Assembly: GCA_032718475.1 (NCBI GenBank)
Contig: JAUCBJ010002084.1
Location: forward strand, 14,909 to 78,908
Direction: 5' to 3'
DNA length: 64,000 nucleotides
Source of the DNA: Nemertoderma westbladi
Taxonomy: Eukaryota; Animalia; Xenacoelomorpha
Under the pieces are notes generated by a model. The model searched no databases. It worked only from the letters and a program-made list of their open reading frames with translations, and was not told the DNA's origin. Below, piece by piece: positions 15,001 to 27,698 of this stretch (within the stretch, counting starts at the first letter, position 1; each line of letters opens with the position of its first letter). The position numbers were made by a program, and so were the translations under genes.

Positions 15001-18000
15001 CAGATTGATCAGTTGCAGGTCCCTCCAACCAGCCGGCTGCCATAGAACAATCTCACACACAGACTGATCAGTTGCAGGTCCCTCCAACCAGCCCGGGCTG
15101 CCATATAACAATCTCACACACAGACTGATCAGTTGCAGGTCACTCCAACCAGCCGGCTGCCATAGAACAATCTCACACACAGAATGATCAGTTGCATGTC
15201 ACTCCAACCAGCCGGCTGCCATAGAACAATCTCACACACAGAATGATCAGTTGCAGGTCACTCCAGTCAGACGGCTGCCATAGAACAATCTCACACACAG
15301 ACTGATCAGTTGCAGGTCACTCCAACCAGCCGGCTGCCATAGAACAATCTCACACACAGAATGATCAGTTGAACGTCCATCCAACCAGCCGGCTGGCATA
15401 GAACAATCTCACACACAGACTGATCAGTTGAAGGTCCCTCCAACCACCGGCTGCCATAGAACAATCTCACACACATAATGATCAGTTGCAGGCCCCTCCA
15501 ACCAGCCGGCCACCATAGAACAATCTCACACACAGACTGATCAGTTGCAGGTCCCTCCAATCAGCCGTCTGCCATAGAACAATCTCTCACAGAGACTGAT
15601 CAGTTGCAGGTCACTCCAACCAGCCGGCTGCCATAGAACAATCTCACACAGAGACTGATCAGTTGCAGGTCCCTCCAACCAGCCGGCTGCCATAGTACAA
15701 TCTCACACACAGACTGATCAGTTGAAGGTCACTCCAACCAGCCGGCTGCCATAGAACAATCTCACACACAGACTGATCAGTTGAAGGTCCCTCCAACCAC
15801 CGGCTGCCATAGAACAATCTCACACACATAATGATCAGTTGCAGGCCCCTCCAACCAGCCGGCCACCATAGAACAATCTCACACACAGACTGATCAGTTG
15901 CAGGTCCCTCCAATCAGCCGTCTGCCATAGAACAATCTCTCACAGAGACTGATCAGTTGCAGGCCACTCCAACCAGCCGGCTGCCATAGAACAATCTCAC
16001 ACACAGAATGATCAGTTGCAGGTCACTCCAGCCAGACGGCTGCCATAGAACAATCTCACACACAGACTGATCAGTTGCAGGTCCCTCCAACAAGCCGGCT
16101 GCCATAGAACAATCTCATACAGAGTCTGATCAGTTGCAGGTCCCTCCAACCAGCCAGCTGCCATAGAACAATCTCACACAGAGACTGATCAGTTGCAGGT
16201 CACTCCAACCAGCCGGCTGCCATAGAACAATCTCACACACAGAATGATCAGTTGCAGGTCCCTCCAACCAGCCGGCTGCCATAGAACAATCTCACACAGA
16301 GACTGGTTAGTTGCAGGTCACTCCAACCAGCCGGCTGCCATAGAACAATCTCACACACAGAATGATCAGTTGCAGGTCACTCCAGTCAGACGCCTGCCAT
16401 AGAACAATCTCACACACAGACTGATCAGTTGCAGGTCACTCCAACCAGCCGGCTGCCATAGAACAATCTCACACACAGAATGATCAGTTGAACGTCCATC
16501 CAACCAGCCGGCTGGCATAGAACAATCTCACACAGAGACTGATCAGTTGCAGGTCCCTCCAACCAGCCGGCTGCCATAGTACAATCTCACACACAGACTG
16601 ATCAGTTGAAGGTCCCTCCAACCAGCCGGCTGCCATAGAACAATCTCACACACAGACTGATCAGTTGAAGGTCCCTCCAACCAGCCGGCTGCCATAGAAC
16701 AATCTCACACACATAATGATCAGTTGCAGGTCCCTCCAACCAGCCGGCTGCCATAGAACAATCTCACACACAGACTGATCAGTTGAACGTCCCTCCAACC
16801 AGCCGGCTGCCATAGAACAATCTCACACACAGAATGATCAGTTGAAGGTCCCTCCAACCAGCCGGCTGCCATAGAACAATCTCACACACAGACTGATCAG
16901 TTGAAGGTCCCTCCAACCAGCCGGCTGCCATAGAACAATCTCACACACATAATGATTAGTTGCAGGTCCCTCCAACCAGCCGGCTGCCATAGAACAATCT
17001 CACACACAGACTGATCAGTTGCAGGTCCCTCCAATCAGCCGGCTGCCATAGAACAATCTCACACACAGAATGATCAGTTGCAGGTCCGTTGTTGCAGGTC
17101 CCTCTAACCAGCCGGCTGCCACAGAACAATCTCACACACAGAATGATCAGTTGCAGGTCCCTCCAACCACCGGCTACCATAGAACAATCTCACACACAGA
17201 ATGATCAGTTGCAGGTCCGTTGCAGATCCCTCCAACCACCGGCTGCCATAGAACAATCTCATACACAGACTGATCAGTTGAAGGTCCCTCTAACCAGCCG
17301 GCTGCCACAGAACAATCTCACATACAGAATGATCAGTTGCAGGTCCCTCCAACCACCGGCTGCCATAGAACAATCTCACACACAGATTGATCAGTTGCAG
17401 GTCCCTCCAACCAGCCGGCTGCCATAGAACAATCTCACACACAGACTGATCAGTTGCAGGTCCCTCCAACCAGCCGGCTGCCATAGAACAATCTCACACA
17501 CAGACTGATCAGTTGCAGGTCACTCCAACCAGCCGGCTGCCATAGAACAATCTCACACACAGAATGATCAGTTGCATGTCACTCCAACCAGCCGGCTGCC
17601 ATAGAACAATCTCACACACAGAATGATCAGTTGCAGGTCACTCCAGTCAGACGGCTGCCATAGAACAATCTCACTCACAGATTGATCAGTTGCAGGTCCC
17701 TCCAACCAGCCGGCTACCATAGAACAATCTCACACACAGACTGATCAGTTGCAGGTCACTCCAACGAGCCGGCTGCCATAGAACAATCTCACACACAGAA
17801 TGAACAGTTGCAGGTCCCTCCAACCAGACGGCTGCCATAGAACAATCTCACACACAGAATGATCAGTTGCAGGTCCGTTGTTGCAGATCCCTCTAACCAG
17901 CCGGCTGCCACAGAACAATCTCACACGCAGAATGATCAGTTGCAGGTCACTCCAACCAGCCGGCGGCCATAGAACAATCTCACACACAGACTAATCAGTT

Positions 18001-21000
18001 GAAGGTCCCTCCAACTAGCCGGCTGCCATAGAACAATCTCACACACAGACTGATCAGTTGAAGGTCCCTCCAACCAGCCGGCTGCCATAGAACAATCTCA
18101 CACACAGACTGTTCAGTTGAAGGTCCCTCCAACTAGCCGGCTGCCATAGAACAATCTCACACACAGACTGTTCAGTTGAAGGTCCCTCCAACTAGCCGGC
18201 TGCCATAGAACAATCTCACACACAGAATGAACAGTTGCAGGTCCCTCCAACCAGACGGCTGCCATAGAACAATCTCACACACAGAATGATCAGTTGCAGG
18301 TCCGTTGTTGCAGGTCCCTCTAACCAGCCGACTGCCATAGAACAATCTCACACACAGACTGATCAGTTGCAGGTCACTCCAACGAGCTGGCTGCCATAGA
18401 ACAATCTCACACACAGAATGATCAGTTGCAGGTCCCTCCAACCAGCCGGCTGCCATAGTACAATCTCACACACAGATTGATCAGTTGAAGGTCCCTCCAA
18501 CCAGCCGGCTGCCATAGAACAATCTCACACACAGAATGATCAGTTGCAGGTGCCTCTAACCAACCGGCTGCCACAGAACAATCTCACACGCAGAATGATC
18601 AGTTGAAGGTCCCTCCAACCAGCCGGCAGCCATAGAACAATCTCACACACAGACTGATCAGTTGCAGGTCCCTCCAACCGGCCGGCTACTATAGAACAAT
18701 CTCACACACAGACTGATCAGTTGCAGGTCCCTCCAACCAGCCGGCTGCCATAGAACAATCTCACACACAGACTGTTCAGTTGAAGGTCCCTCCAACTAGC
18801 CGGCTGCCATAGAACAATCTCACACACAGAATGATCAGTTGCAGGTCCCTCCAACCAGCCGGCTGCCATAGAACAATCTCACACACAGACTGATCAGTTG
18901 CAGGTCCCTCCAACCAGCCGGCTGCCATAGTACAATCTCACACACAGACTGATCAGTTGCAGGTCACTCCAACCAGCCGGCTGCCATAGAACAATCTCAC
19001 ACACAGAATGATCAGTTGCAGGTCCCTCCAACCAGCCGGCTGCCATAGAACAATCACACACAGAGACTGATCAGTTGCAGGTCCCTCCAACCAGCCGGCT
19101 GCCATAGAACAATCTCTCACACAGATTGATCAGTTGAAGGTCCCTCCAACCAGCCGGCTGCCATAGAACAATCTCACACACAGAATGATCAGTTGCAGGT
19201 CCCTCCAACCAGCCGGCTGCCATAGTACAATCTCACACACAGACTGATCAGTTGCAGGTCACTCCAACCAGCCGGCTGCCATAGAACAATCTCACACACA
19301 GAATGATCAGTTGCAGGTCCCTCCAACCAGCCGGCTGCCATAGAACAATCTCACACAGAGACTGATCAGTTGCAGGTCCCTCCAACCAGCCGGCTGCCAC
19401 AGAACAATCTCACACACAGAATGATCAGTTGCAGGTCACTCTAGTCAGACGGCTGCCATAGAACAATCTCACACACAGAATGATCAGTTGAAGGTCCCTC
19501 CAACCAGCCGGCTGCCATAGAACAATCTCACACACAGACTGATCAGTTGCAGGTCCCTCCAACCAGCCGGCTGCCATAGTACAATCTCACACACAGACTG
19601 ATCAGTTGCAGGTCACTCCAACCAGCCGGCTGCCATAGAACAATCTCACACACAGAATGATCAGTTGAAGGTCACTCCAACCAGCCGGCTGCCATAGAAC
19701 AATCTCACACACAGAATGATCAGTTGCAGGTCCCTCCAACCAGCCGGCTGCCATAGAACAATCTCACACAGAGACTGATCAGTTGCAGGTCCCTCCAACC
19801 AGCCGGCTGCCATAGAACAATCTCACACACAGAATGATCAGTTGCAGGTCCCTCCAACCAGCCGGCTGCCATAGAACAATCTCACACACAGAATGATCAG
19901 TTGCAGGTCCCTCCAACCAGCCGGCTGCCATAGAACAATCTCACACAGAGACTGATCAGTTGCAGGTCCCTCCAACCTGCCGGCTGCCATAGTACAATCT
20001 CACACACAGACTGATCAGTTGAAGGTCACTCCAACCAGCCGGCTGCCATAGAACAATCTCACACACAGAATGATCAGTTGAAGGTCACTCCAACCAGCCG
20101 GCTGCCATAGAACAATCTCACACACAGACTGATCAGCTGAACGTCCCTCCAACCAGCCGGCTGCCATAGAACAATCTCACACACAGAATGATCAGTTGCA
20201 GGTCCCTCCAACCAGCCGGCTGCCATAGAACAATCTCACACACAGACTGTTCAGTTGAAGGTCCCTCCAACCAGCCGGCTGCCATAGTACAATCTTACAC
20301 ACAGACTGATCAGTTGCAGGTCACTCTAGTCAGACAGCTGCCATAGAACAATCTCACACACAGACTGATCAGTTGAAGGTCCCTCCAACCAGCCGGCTGC
20401 CATAGAACAATCTCACACACAGAATGATCAGTTGCAGGTGCCTCTAACCAACCGGCTGCCACAGAACAATCTCACACGCAGAATGATCAGTTGCAGGTCA
20501 CTCCAACCAGCCGGCTGCCATAGAACAATCTCACACACAGAATGATCAGTTGCAGGTCACTCTAGTCAGACGGCTGCCATAGAACAATCTCACACACAGA
20601 CTGATCAGTTGCAGGTCACTCCAACCAGCCGGCTGCCATAGAACAATCTCACACACAGAATGATCAGTTGAACGTCCCTCCAACCAGCCGGCTGGCATAG
20701 AACAATCTCACACAGAGACTGATCAGTTGAAGGTCCCTCCAACCACCGGCTGCCATAGAACAATCTCACACACATAATGATCAGTTGCAGGCCCCTCCAA
20801 CCAGCCGGCCACCATAGAACAATCTCACACACAGACTGATCAGTTGCAGGTCCCTCCAATCAGCCGTCTGCCATAGAACAATCTCTCACAGAGACTGATC
20901 AGTTGCAGGTCACTCCAACCAGCCGGCTGCCATAGAACAATCTCACACACAGAATGATCAGTTGCAGGTCACTCCAGCCAGACGGCTGCCATAGAACAAT

Positions 21001-24000
21001 CTCACACACAGACTGATCAGTTGCAGGTCCCTCCAACAAGCCGGCTGCCATAGAACAATCTCATACAGAGTCTGATCAGTTGCAGGTCCCTCCAACCAGC
21101 CAGCTGCCATAGAACAATCTCACACAGAGACTGATCAGTTGCAGGTCACTCCAACCAGCCGGCTGCCATAGAACAATCTCACACACAGAATGATCAGTTG
21201 CAGGTCCCTCCAACCAGCCGGCTGCCATAGAACAATCTCACACAGAGACTGGTTAGTTGCAGGTCACTCCAACCAGCCGGCTGCCATAGAACATTCTCAC
21301 ACACAGAATGATCAGTTGCAGGTCACTCCAGTCAGACGCCTGCCATAGAACAATCTCACACACAGACTGATCAGTTGCAGGTCACTCCAACCAGCCGGCT
21401 GCCATAGAACAATCTCACACACAGAATGATCAGTTGAACGTCCATCCAACCAGCCGGCTGGCATAGAACAATCTCACACAGAGACTGATCAGTTGCAGGT
21501 CCCTCCAACCAGCCGGCTGCCATAGTACAATCTCACACACAGACTGATCAGTTGAAGGTCCCTCCAACCAGCCGGCTGCCATAGAACAATCTCACACACA
21601 GACTGATCAGTTGAAGGTCCCTCCAACCAGCCGGCTGCCATAGAACAATCTCACACACATAATGATCAGTTGCAGGTCCCTCCAACCAGCCGGCTGCCAT
21701 AGAACAATCTCACACACATAATGATCAGTTGAACGTCCCTCCAACCAGCCGGCTGCCATAGAACAATCTCACACACAGAATGATCAGTTGAAGGTCCCTC
21801 CAACCAGCCGGCTGCCATAGAACAATCTCACACACAGACTGATCAGTTGAAGGTCCCTCCAACCAGCCGGCTGCCATAGAACAATCTCACACACATAATG
21901 ATCAGTTGCAGGTCCCTCCAACCAGCCGGCTGCCATAGAACAATCGCACACACAGACTGATCAGTTGCAGGTCCCTCCAATCAGCCGACTGCCATAGAAC
22001 AATCTCACACACAGAATGATCAGTTGCAGGTCCGTTGTTGCAGGTCCCTCTAACCAGCCGGCTGCCACAGAACAATCTCACACACAGAATGATCAGTTGC
22101 AGGTCCCTCCAACCACCGGCTGCCATAGAACAATCTCACACACAGAATGATCAGTTGCAGGTCCGTTGCAGATCCCTCCAACCACCGGCTGCCATAGAAC
22201 AATCTCATACACAGACTGATCAGTTGAAGGTCCCTCTAACCAGCCGGCTGCCACAGAACAATCTCACATACAGAATGATCAGTTGCAGGTCCCTCCAACC
22301 ACCGGCTGCCATAGAACAATCTCACACACAGATTGATCAGTTGCAGGTCCCTCCAACCAGCCGGCTGCCATAGAACAATCTCACACACAGACTGATCAGT
22401 TGCAGGTCCCTCCAACCAGCCGGCTGCCATAGAACAATCTCACACACAGACTGATCAGTTGCAGGTCACTCCAACCAGCCGGCTGCCATAGAACAATCTC
22501 ACACACAGAATGATCAGTTGCATGTCACTCCAACCAGCCGGCTGCCATAGAACCATCTCACACACAGAATGATCAGTTGCAGGTCACTCCAGTCAGACGG
22601 CTGCCATAGAACAATCTCACACACAGATTGATCAGTTGCAGGTCCCTCCAACCAGCCGGCTACCATAGAACAATCTCACACACAGACTGATCAGTTGCAG
22701 GTCACTCCAACGAGCCGGCTGCCATAGAACAATCTCACACACAGAATGAACAGTTGCAGGTCCCTCCAACCAGACGGCTGCCATAGAACAATCTCACACA
22801 CAGAATGATCAGTTGCAGGTCCGTTGTTGCAGGTCCCTCTAACCAGCCGGCTGCCACAGAACAATCTCACACGCAGAATGATCAGTTGCAGGTCACTCCA
22901 ACCAGCCGGCGGCCATAGAACAATCTCACACACAGACTAATCAGTTGAAGGTCCCTCCAACTAGCCGGCTGCCATAGAACAATCTCCCACACAGACTGAT
23001 CAGTTGAAGGTCCCTCCAACCAGCCGGCTGCCATAGAACAATCTCACACACAGACTGTTCAGTTGAAGGTCCCTCCAACTAGCCGGCTGCCATAGAACAA
23101 TCTCACACACAGACTGATCAGTTGCAGGTCCCTCCAACCAGCCGGCTGCCATAGTACAATCTCACACACAGATTGATCAGTTGAAGGTCCCTCCAACCAG
23201 CCGGCTGCCATAGAACAATCTCACACACAGAATGATCAGTTGCAGGTGCCTCTAACCAACCGGCTGCCACAGAACAATCTCACACGCAGAATGATCAGTT
23301 GAAGGTCCCTCCAACCAGCCGGCAGCCATAGAACAATCTCACACACAGACTGATCAGTTGCAGGTCCCTCCAACCAGCCGGCTACTATAGAACAATCTCA
23401 CACATAGACTGATCAGTTGCAGGTCCCTCCAACCAGCCGGCTGCCATAGAACAATCTCACACACAGACTGTTCAGTTGAAGGTCCCTCCAACTAGCCGGC
23501 TGCCATAGAACAATCTCACACACAGAATGATCAGTTGCAGGTCCCTCCAACCAGCCGGCTGCCATAGAACAATCTCACACACAGACTGATCAGTTGCAGG
23601 TCCCTCCAACCAGCCGGCTGCCATAGTACAATCTCACACACAGACTGATCAGTTGCAGGTCACTCCAACCAGCCGGCTGCCATAGAACAATCTCACAGAC
23701 AGAATGATCAGTTGCAGGTCACTCTAGTCAGACGGCTGCCATAGAACAATCTCACACACAGAATGATCAGTTGAAGGTCCCTCCAACCAGCCGGCTGCCA
23801 TAGAACAATCTCACACACATACTGTTCAGTTGAAGGTCCCTCCAACTAGCCGGCTGCCATAGAACAATCTCACACACAGAATGATCAGTTGCAGGTCCCT
23901 CCAACCAGCCGGCTGCCATAGAACAATCTCACACACAGACTGATCAGTTGCAGGTCCCTCCAACCAGCCGGCTGCCATAGTACAATCTCACACACAGACT

Positions 24001-24783
24001 GATCAGTTGCAGGTCACTCCAACCAGCCGGCTGCCATAGAACAATCTCACATACAGAATGATCAGTTGCAGGCCCCTCCAACCAGCCGGCTGCCATAGTA
24101 CAATCTCACACACAGACTGATCAGTTGCAGGTCACTCCAACCAGCCGGCTGCCATAGAACAATCTCACATACAGAATGATCAGTTGCAGGCCCCTCCAAC
24201 CAGCCGGCTGCCATAGAACAATCTCACACACAGAATGATCAGTTGCAGGTCACTCTAGTCAGACGGCTGCCATAGAACAATCTCACACACAGACTGATCA
24301 GTTGAAGGTCCCTCCAACCAGCCGGCTGCCATAGAACAATCTCACACACAGAATGATCAGTTGCAGGTGCCTCTAACCAACCGGCTGCCACAGAACAATC
24401 TCACACGCAGAATGATCAGTTGCAGGTCACTCCAACCAGCCGGCTGCCATAGAACAATCTCACACACAGAATGATCAGTTGCAGGTCACTCTAGTCAGAC
24501 GGCTGCCATAGAACAATCTCACACACAGACTGATCAGTTGCAGGTCACTCCAACCAGCCGGCTGCCATAGAACAATCTCACACACAGAATGATCAGTTGA
24601 ACGTCCCTCCAACCAGACGGCTGGCATAGAACAATCTCACACAGAGACTGATCAGTTCCAGGTCCCTCCAACCAGCCGGCTGCCATAGAACAATCTCACA
24701 CAGAGACTGATCAGTTCCAGGTCCCTCCAACCAGCCGGCTGCCATAGAACAATCTCACACACAGAATGATCAGCTGCAGGTCT
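1..24783. repeat. 59-bp tandem satellite, about 420 units, truncated by the window start
   Basis: Consensus TGATCAGTTGCAGGTCCCTCCAACCAGCCGGCTGCCATAGAACAATCTCACACACAGAC repeats head-to-tail with point variants and 1-bp, +11 and +14 bp indel variants. It ends abruptly at about 24783. Confidence 0.99.
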
Positions 24784-25710
24784 ATGATTGCAGTGGGTAG
24801 CAAGACTCACCCGACGAGCCTGCAGGGTAGTGCTGGGTTTTGGCCTCGTTTGTTTAAGTGTTTGTCTTCTCTTGCAAACGAAAATGGTTGTGCTGTTCAG
24901 TAATTTATGCTATGCCTACCTACAGCAACAATGTAGTAGCTGGATAAATTGTATATATTTATACACTGTAGTGATGTTTTATTCCACGGAGGCGGGCAGA
25001 GCTTGGTTATGTTGTGAATGCAATGTATACTTTGTCATTAGGGTTGGCCTCCTATGGCGCAACTTTATTATAGTAACAAACTCTACCTATGTAACAATAT
25101 AAAAAAATCCATATTTTATGCTACTGCACTAGCCGCTGCGTGTACTATCCCACATAATAGAATTATGCATTAAATAAATTACATATTTGCATAGCTCAAC
25201 ATATCCACACACAGATGTTTGCGATATCTAGTAGTCCCCAGTCAATCAAGCAGAAATGAGGGTTAACTCAAATCTAATTAGCAATTCATCCAAACCAATT
25301 TTCTTATTATTATTATTAAGTTTATTTTGTACATATTACATAGCCAGTAATAGTATGGCATAGATAAATAAGTACGACAAGCACAAAGAATATAAATAAT
25401 TAATGTAGTACGACGGTTAATTTGTAAGATTACGAGGCCCATGTGAACTTTCCCAGAGTCCCCAGGAAAGTCGAAATAAAATGGGTCAACATTTGTTTAA
25501 AGGGGTGGGTGGCTTGGTCTGTTGGTCGGTCGGTCGGTGGGAAAGGGGGAAGGTGGGAAGGTGTGATGGATTATTTCACTGTTAGGTAGCAATTTATAGT
25601 ACCACGTAAAAACTTTCTAAATCCGACGTATTTTGCCTTAATTAGTAGTAATGTAATATGCCTATTCCTATTAATAGTTATTAGTTCATCGGCGTCTCTA
25701 TTACTATTGG

Positions 25711-26356
25711 TGCAGTGGTCAGATGGGTTAAGGCGTTGGTTGCATTATAGGTAGGTTATAGGTTCGAATCCCAGTCTGGAATTTGCATATTTGGGCTATT
25801 GATTTTCGATTTGATTAAAATAGATAGGCCAATGAGGTGCGTACAACACGTGGAATGATGAGTTGGGCCAATCATAGGGCACCGAACATCTTATTGCTCC
25901 AATGTGAGGCCATGGAATGTCCTGGAATGTTCTAGTGGATTCTATGTCACAGATTTGCTATATAAGGGCCGGTTTGCCTTCGGTTATCACTCTCTCTTAT
26001 CACACTCAACTTGTACTAATCTTATTTACTCTTTGCTTAGTTTAGTTATTATTTGTAAAGTGAAGTTGCTAAGTTTGTAAATTACGTAAATATACTGTAA
26101 ACTCTTGAACATGTATATTTCCATCAATCCACCTTTGGGACAGCCAAACATTTGGGAAATGGCTGCCTAAACAGTTAGGCCGTCAGCAACGCAGGGAAAG
26201 ATGTCCACAACACGCTAAGCGCCCACATTAGATTCGCCCACGCGCCCGTTCGAAATGCTCCACCCTTGCCATACAGCGCCCACTTCAGAGGAAGGTAAGA
26301 CTTTGTTTGACCCCTTGCCCGCCGTAAGACCTATAGATCAGGGTAAGCGTGACGAC
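25711..26356 (+). mobile_element. tRNA-headed, LTR-like non-coding segment (SINE head or solo terminal repeat of a retroelement)
   Basis: A-box-like TGGTCAGATGG near 25716 and B-box GGTTCGAATCCC at 25761-25772. These are followed by three CCAAT boxes (25829, 25868, 25899) and TATATAAG (25959). No ORF; boundaries approximate. Confidence 0.45.
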
Positions 26357-26913
26357 GTCCTGGGACGCCATAAAATTTAAGATCAAGTATTTCAGATTTT
26401 GACCGGACGAAGGTGCCAAATCCCTGGATTAACCTGTATTCCCTACAGGTGTGAACTATTGCTGTTCGTCAGTACGCGCAAGTACACTTTAGGTGCTAAT
26501 AGCAAATGTTTTATAATTTAGTCATTTGCCGTCATTAGTCATTCACGTGACGTAATAATAAAGGAATAAACATAATTTAAATGAATGGAGCGACAATATT
26601 ATTGTATATAATATGTACAAATGTAATACCGTATTGACAGTTTCATATTATAATCTGGAACGTTTTATAAAAACTTTTTCTATAAAAGATTTACATTAAA
26701 TAGGTATGATGACCTACAATTGCGCGGTGTAATTCAATTCATATTTAAGCATGTTCAAACAAGCTAATACTAAGTAGTATGCTTTAATTTAATTTAATCG
26801 TACACCCACCGAGATGGGGGACTAAACTATGCTTACTTTGCTATGCACACTCAGACACTTAGGCGTACTGTATAATATTGTAGTAATATCATCACTAATA
26901 ATGATTTACAATT

Positions 26914-27065
26914 AAATGCCAGAATACCAAAGTGCCTTTAGGGAACTCTTAAGGATTTATACTACAGTTCCCCAAAAGCACTCTGACATTTTGGCATTTA
27001 CGCTGGTTGCAATTATTTAGGTATCTGGAAAAAATGCCAAAATGCCAAAGTGCCTTTTGGGAACT
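26914..27065. repeat. Three copies (forward, inverted, forward) of a 34-bp motif; probable MITE end remnant
   Basis: AAATGCCAGAATACCAAAGTGCCTTTAGGGAACT (about 26914), its imperfect reverse complement (about 26966-26999) and AAATGCCAAAATGCCAAAGTGCCTTTTGGGAACT (about 27032). Confidence 0.75.
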
Positions 27066-27559
27066 ATTCGTGTGACTTAGCCACACGTAGGTCGTCTGCC
27101 TTTATTGTACCTGATTTTGCATTTTGCCATAAAGTCAGCAGAGCAGAAACCGCATACGTACTCTCTACCACTAGTGTCCTTGTCCGAGGGAACATGTATC
27201 TCAGTATCTCCGTCCAAAATAATATTCATCCCCATCTGCTCCAATTTGAAGAAGACTATTACATAATAATACCTATAATTAAAACAATTAATTATTATAA
27301 TTCTATAGTTAATAAAAACAGTATATCATTCCGGGGATGGAATTTATAGGTCATCTAATATAATTAATTGTTTAAAGATTATCAAACAATACCATATAAT
27401 TGCATAATAAAATCCAAATATAAAACGTGGATACAAAATGTAAAATCGGGATGCTAAAGATCACTTTCTGAGCTACGAAAGGAGAATTGGATACAACTTG
27501 TCTGGATACAAGCGGTCCGTTTACCTTACAAAATGAACAATAAGAATGTGCGAAGTTAA

Positions 27560-27698
27560 GAACTGTCGGGGGGAAGTGTCCGGGGGGGGGGGGGAGTGTC
27601 TGGGGGGGAACTGTCCGGGGGGGGGGAACTGTCCTACTTGAACGGGGGGGGGGGGAACTGTCCGGGGGGGAAGTGTCCGCACTACTACTACTACTACT
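27560..27698. repeat. G-run minisatellite (G6-14 AA[C/G]TGTCC)n followed by an (ACT)n microsatellite
   Basis: Six long G runs separated by GAACTGTCC or GAAGTGTCC spacers, then ACTACTACT at 27681-27698. Confidence 0.85.

Noticed and set aside
1-24783. Dozens of 60-130 aa ORFs in the 59-bp array, and the possibility of a CRISPR array
   Set aside because: The ORFs are frame-cycling translations of the repeat. Units are contiguous with no unique spacers, there are no cas genes, and the context is eukaryotic.
25711-25780. Functional tRNA gene
   Set aside because: It has A/B-box-like motifs, but I cannot fold a convincing acceptor or anticodon stem. Treated as part of a repeat.
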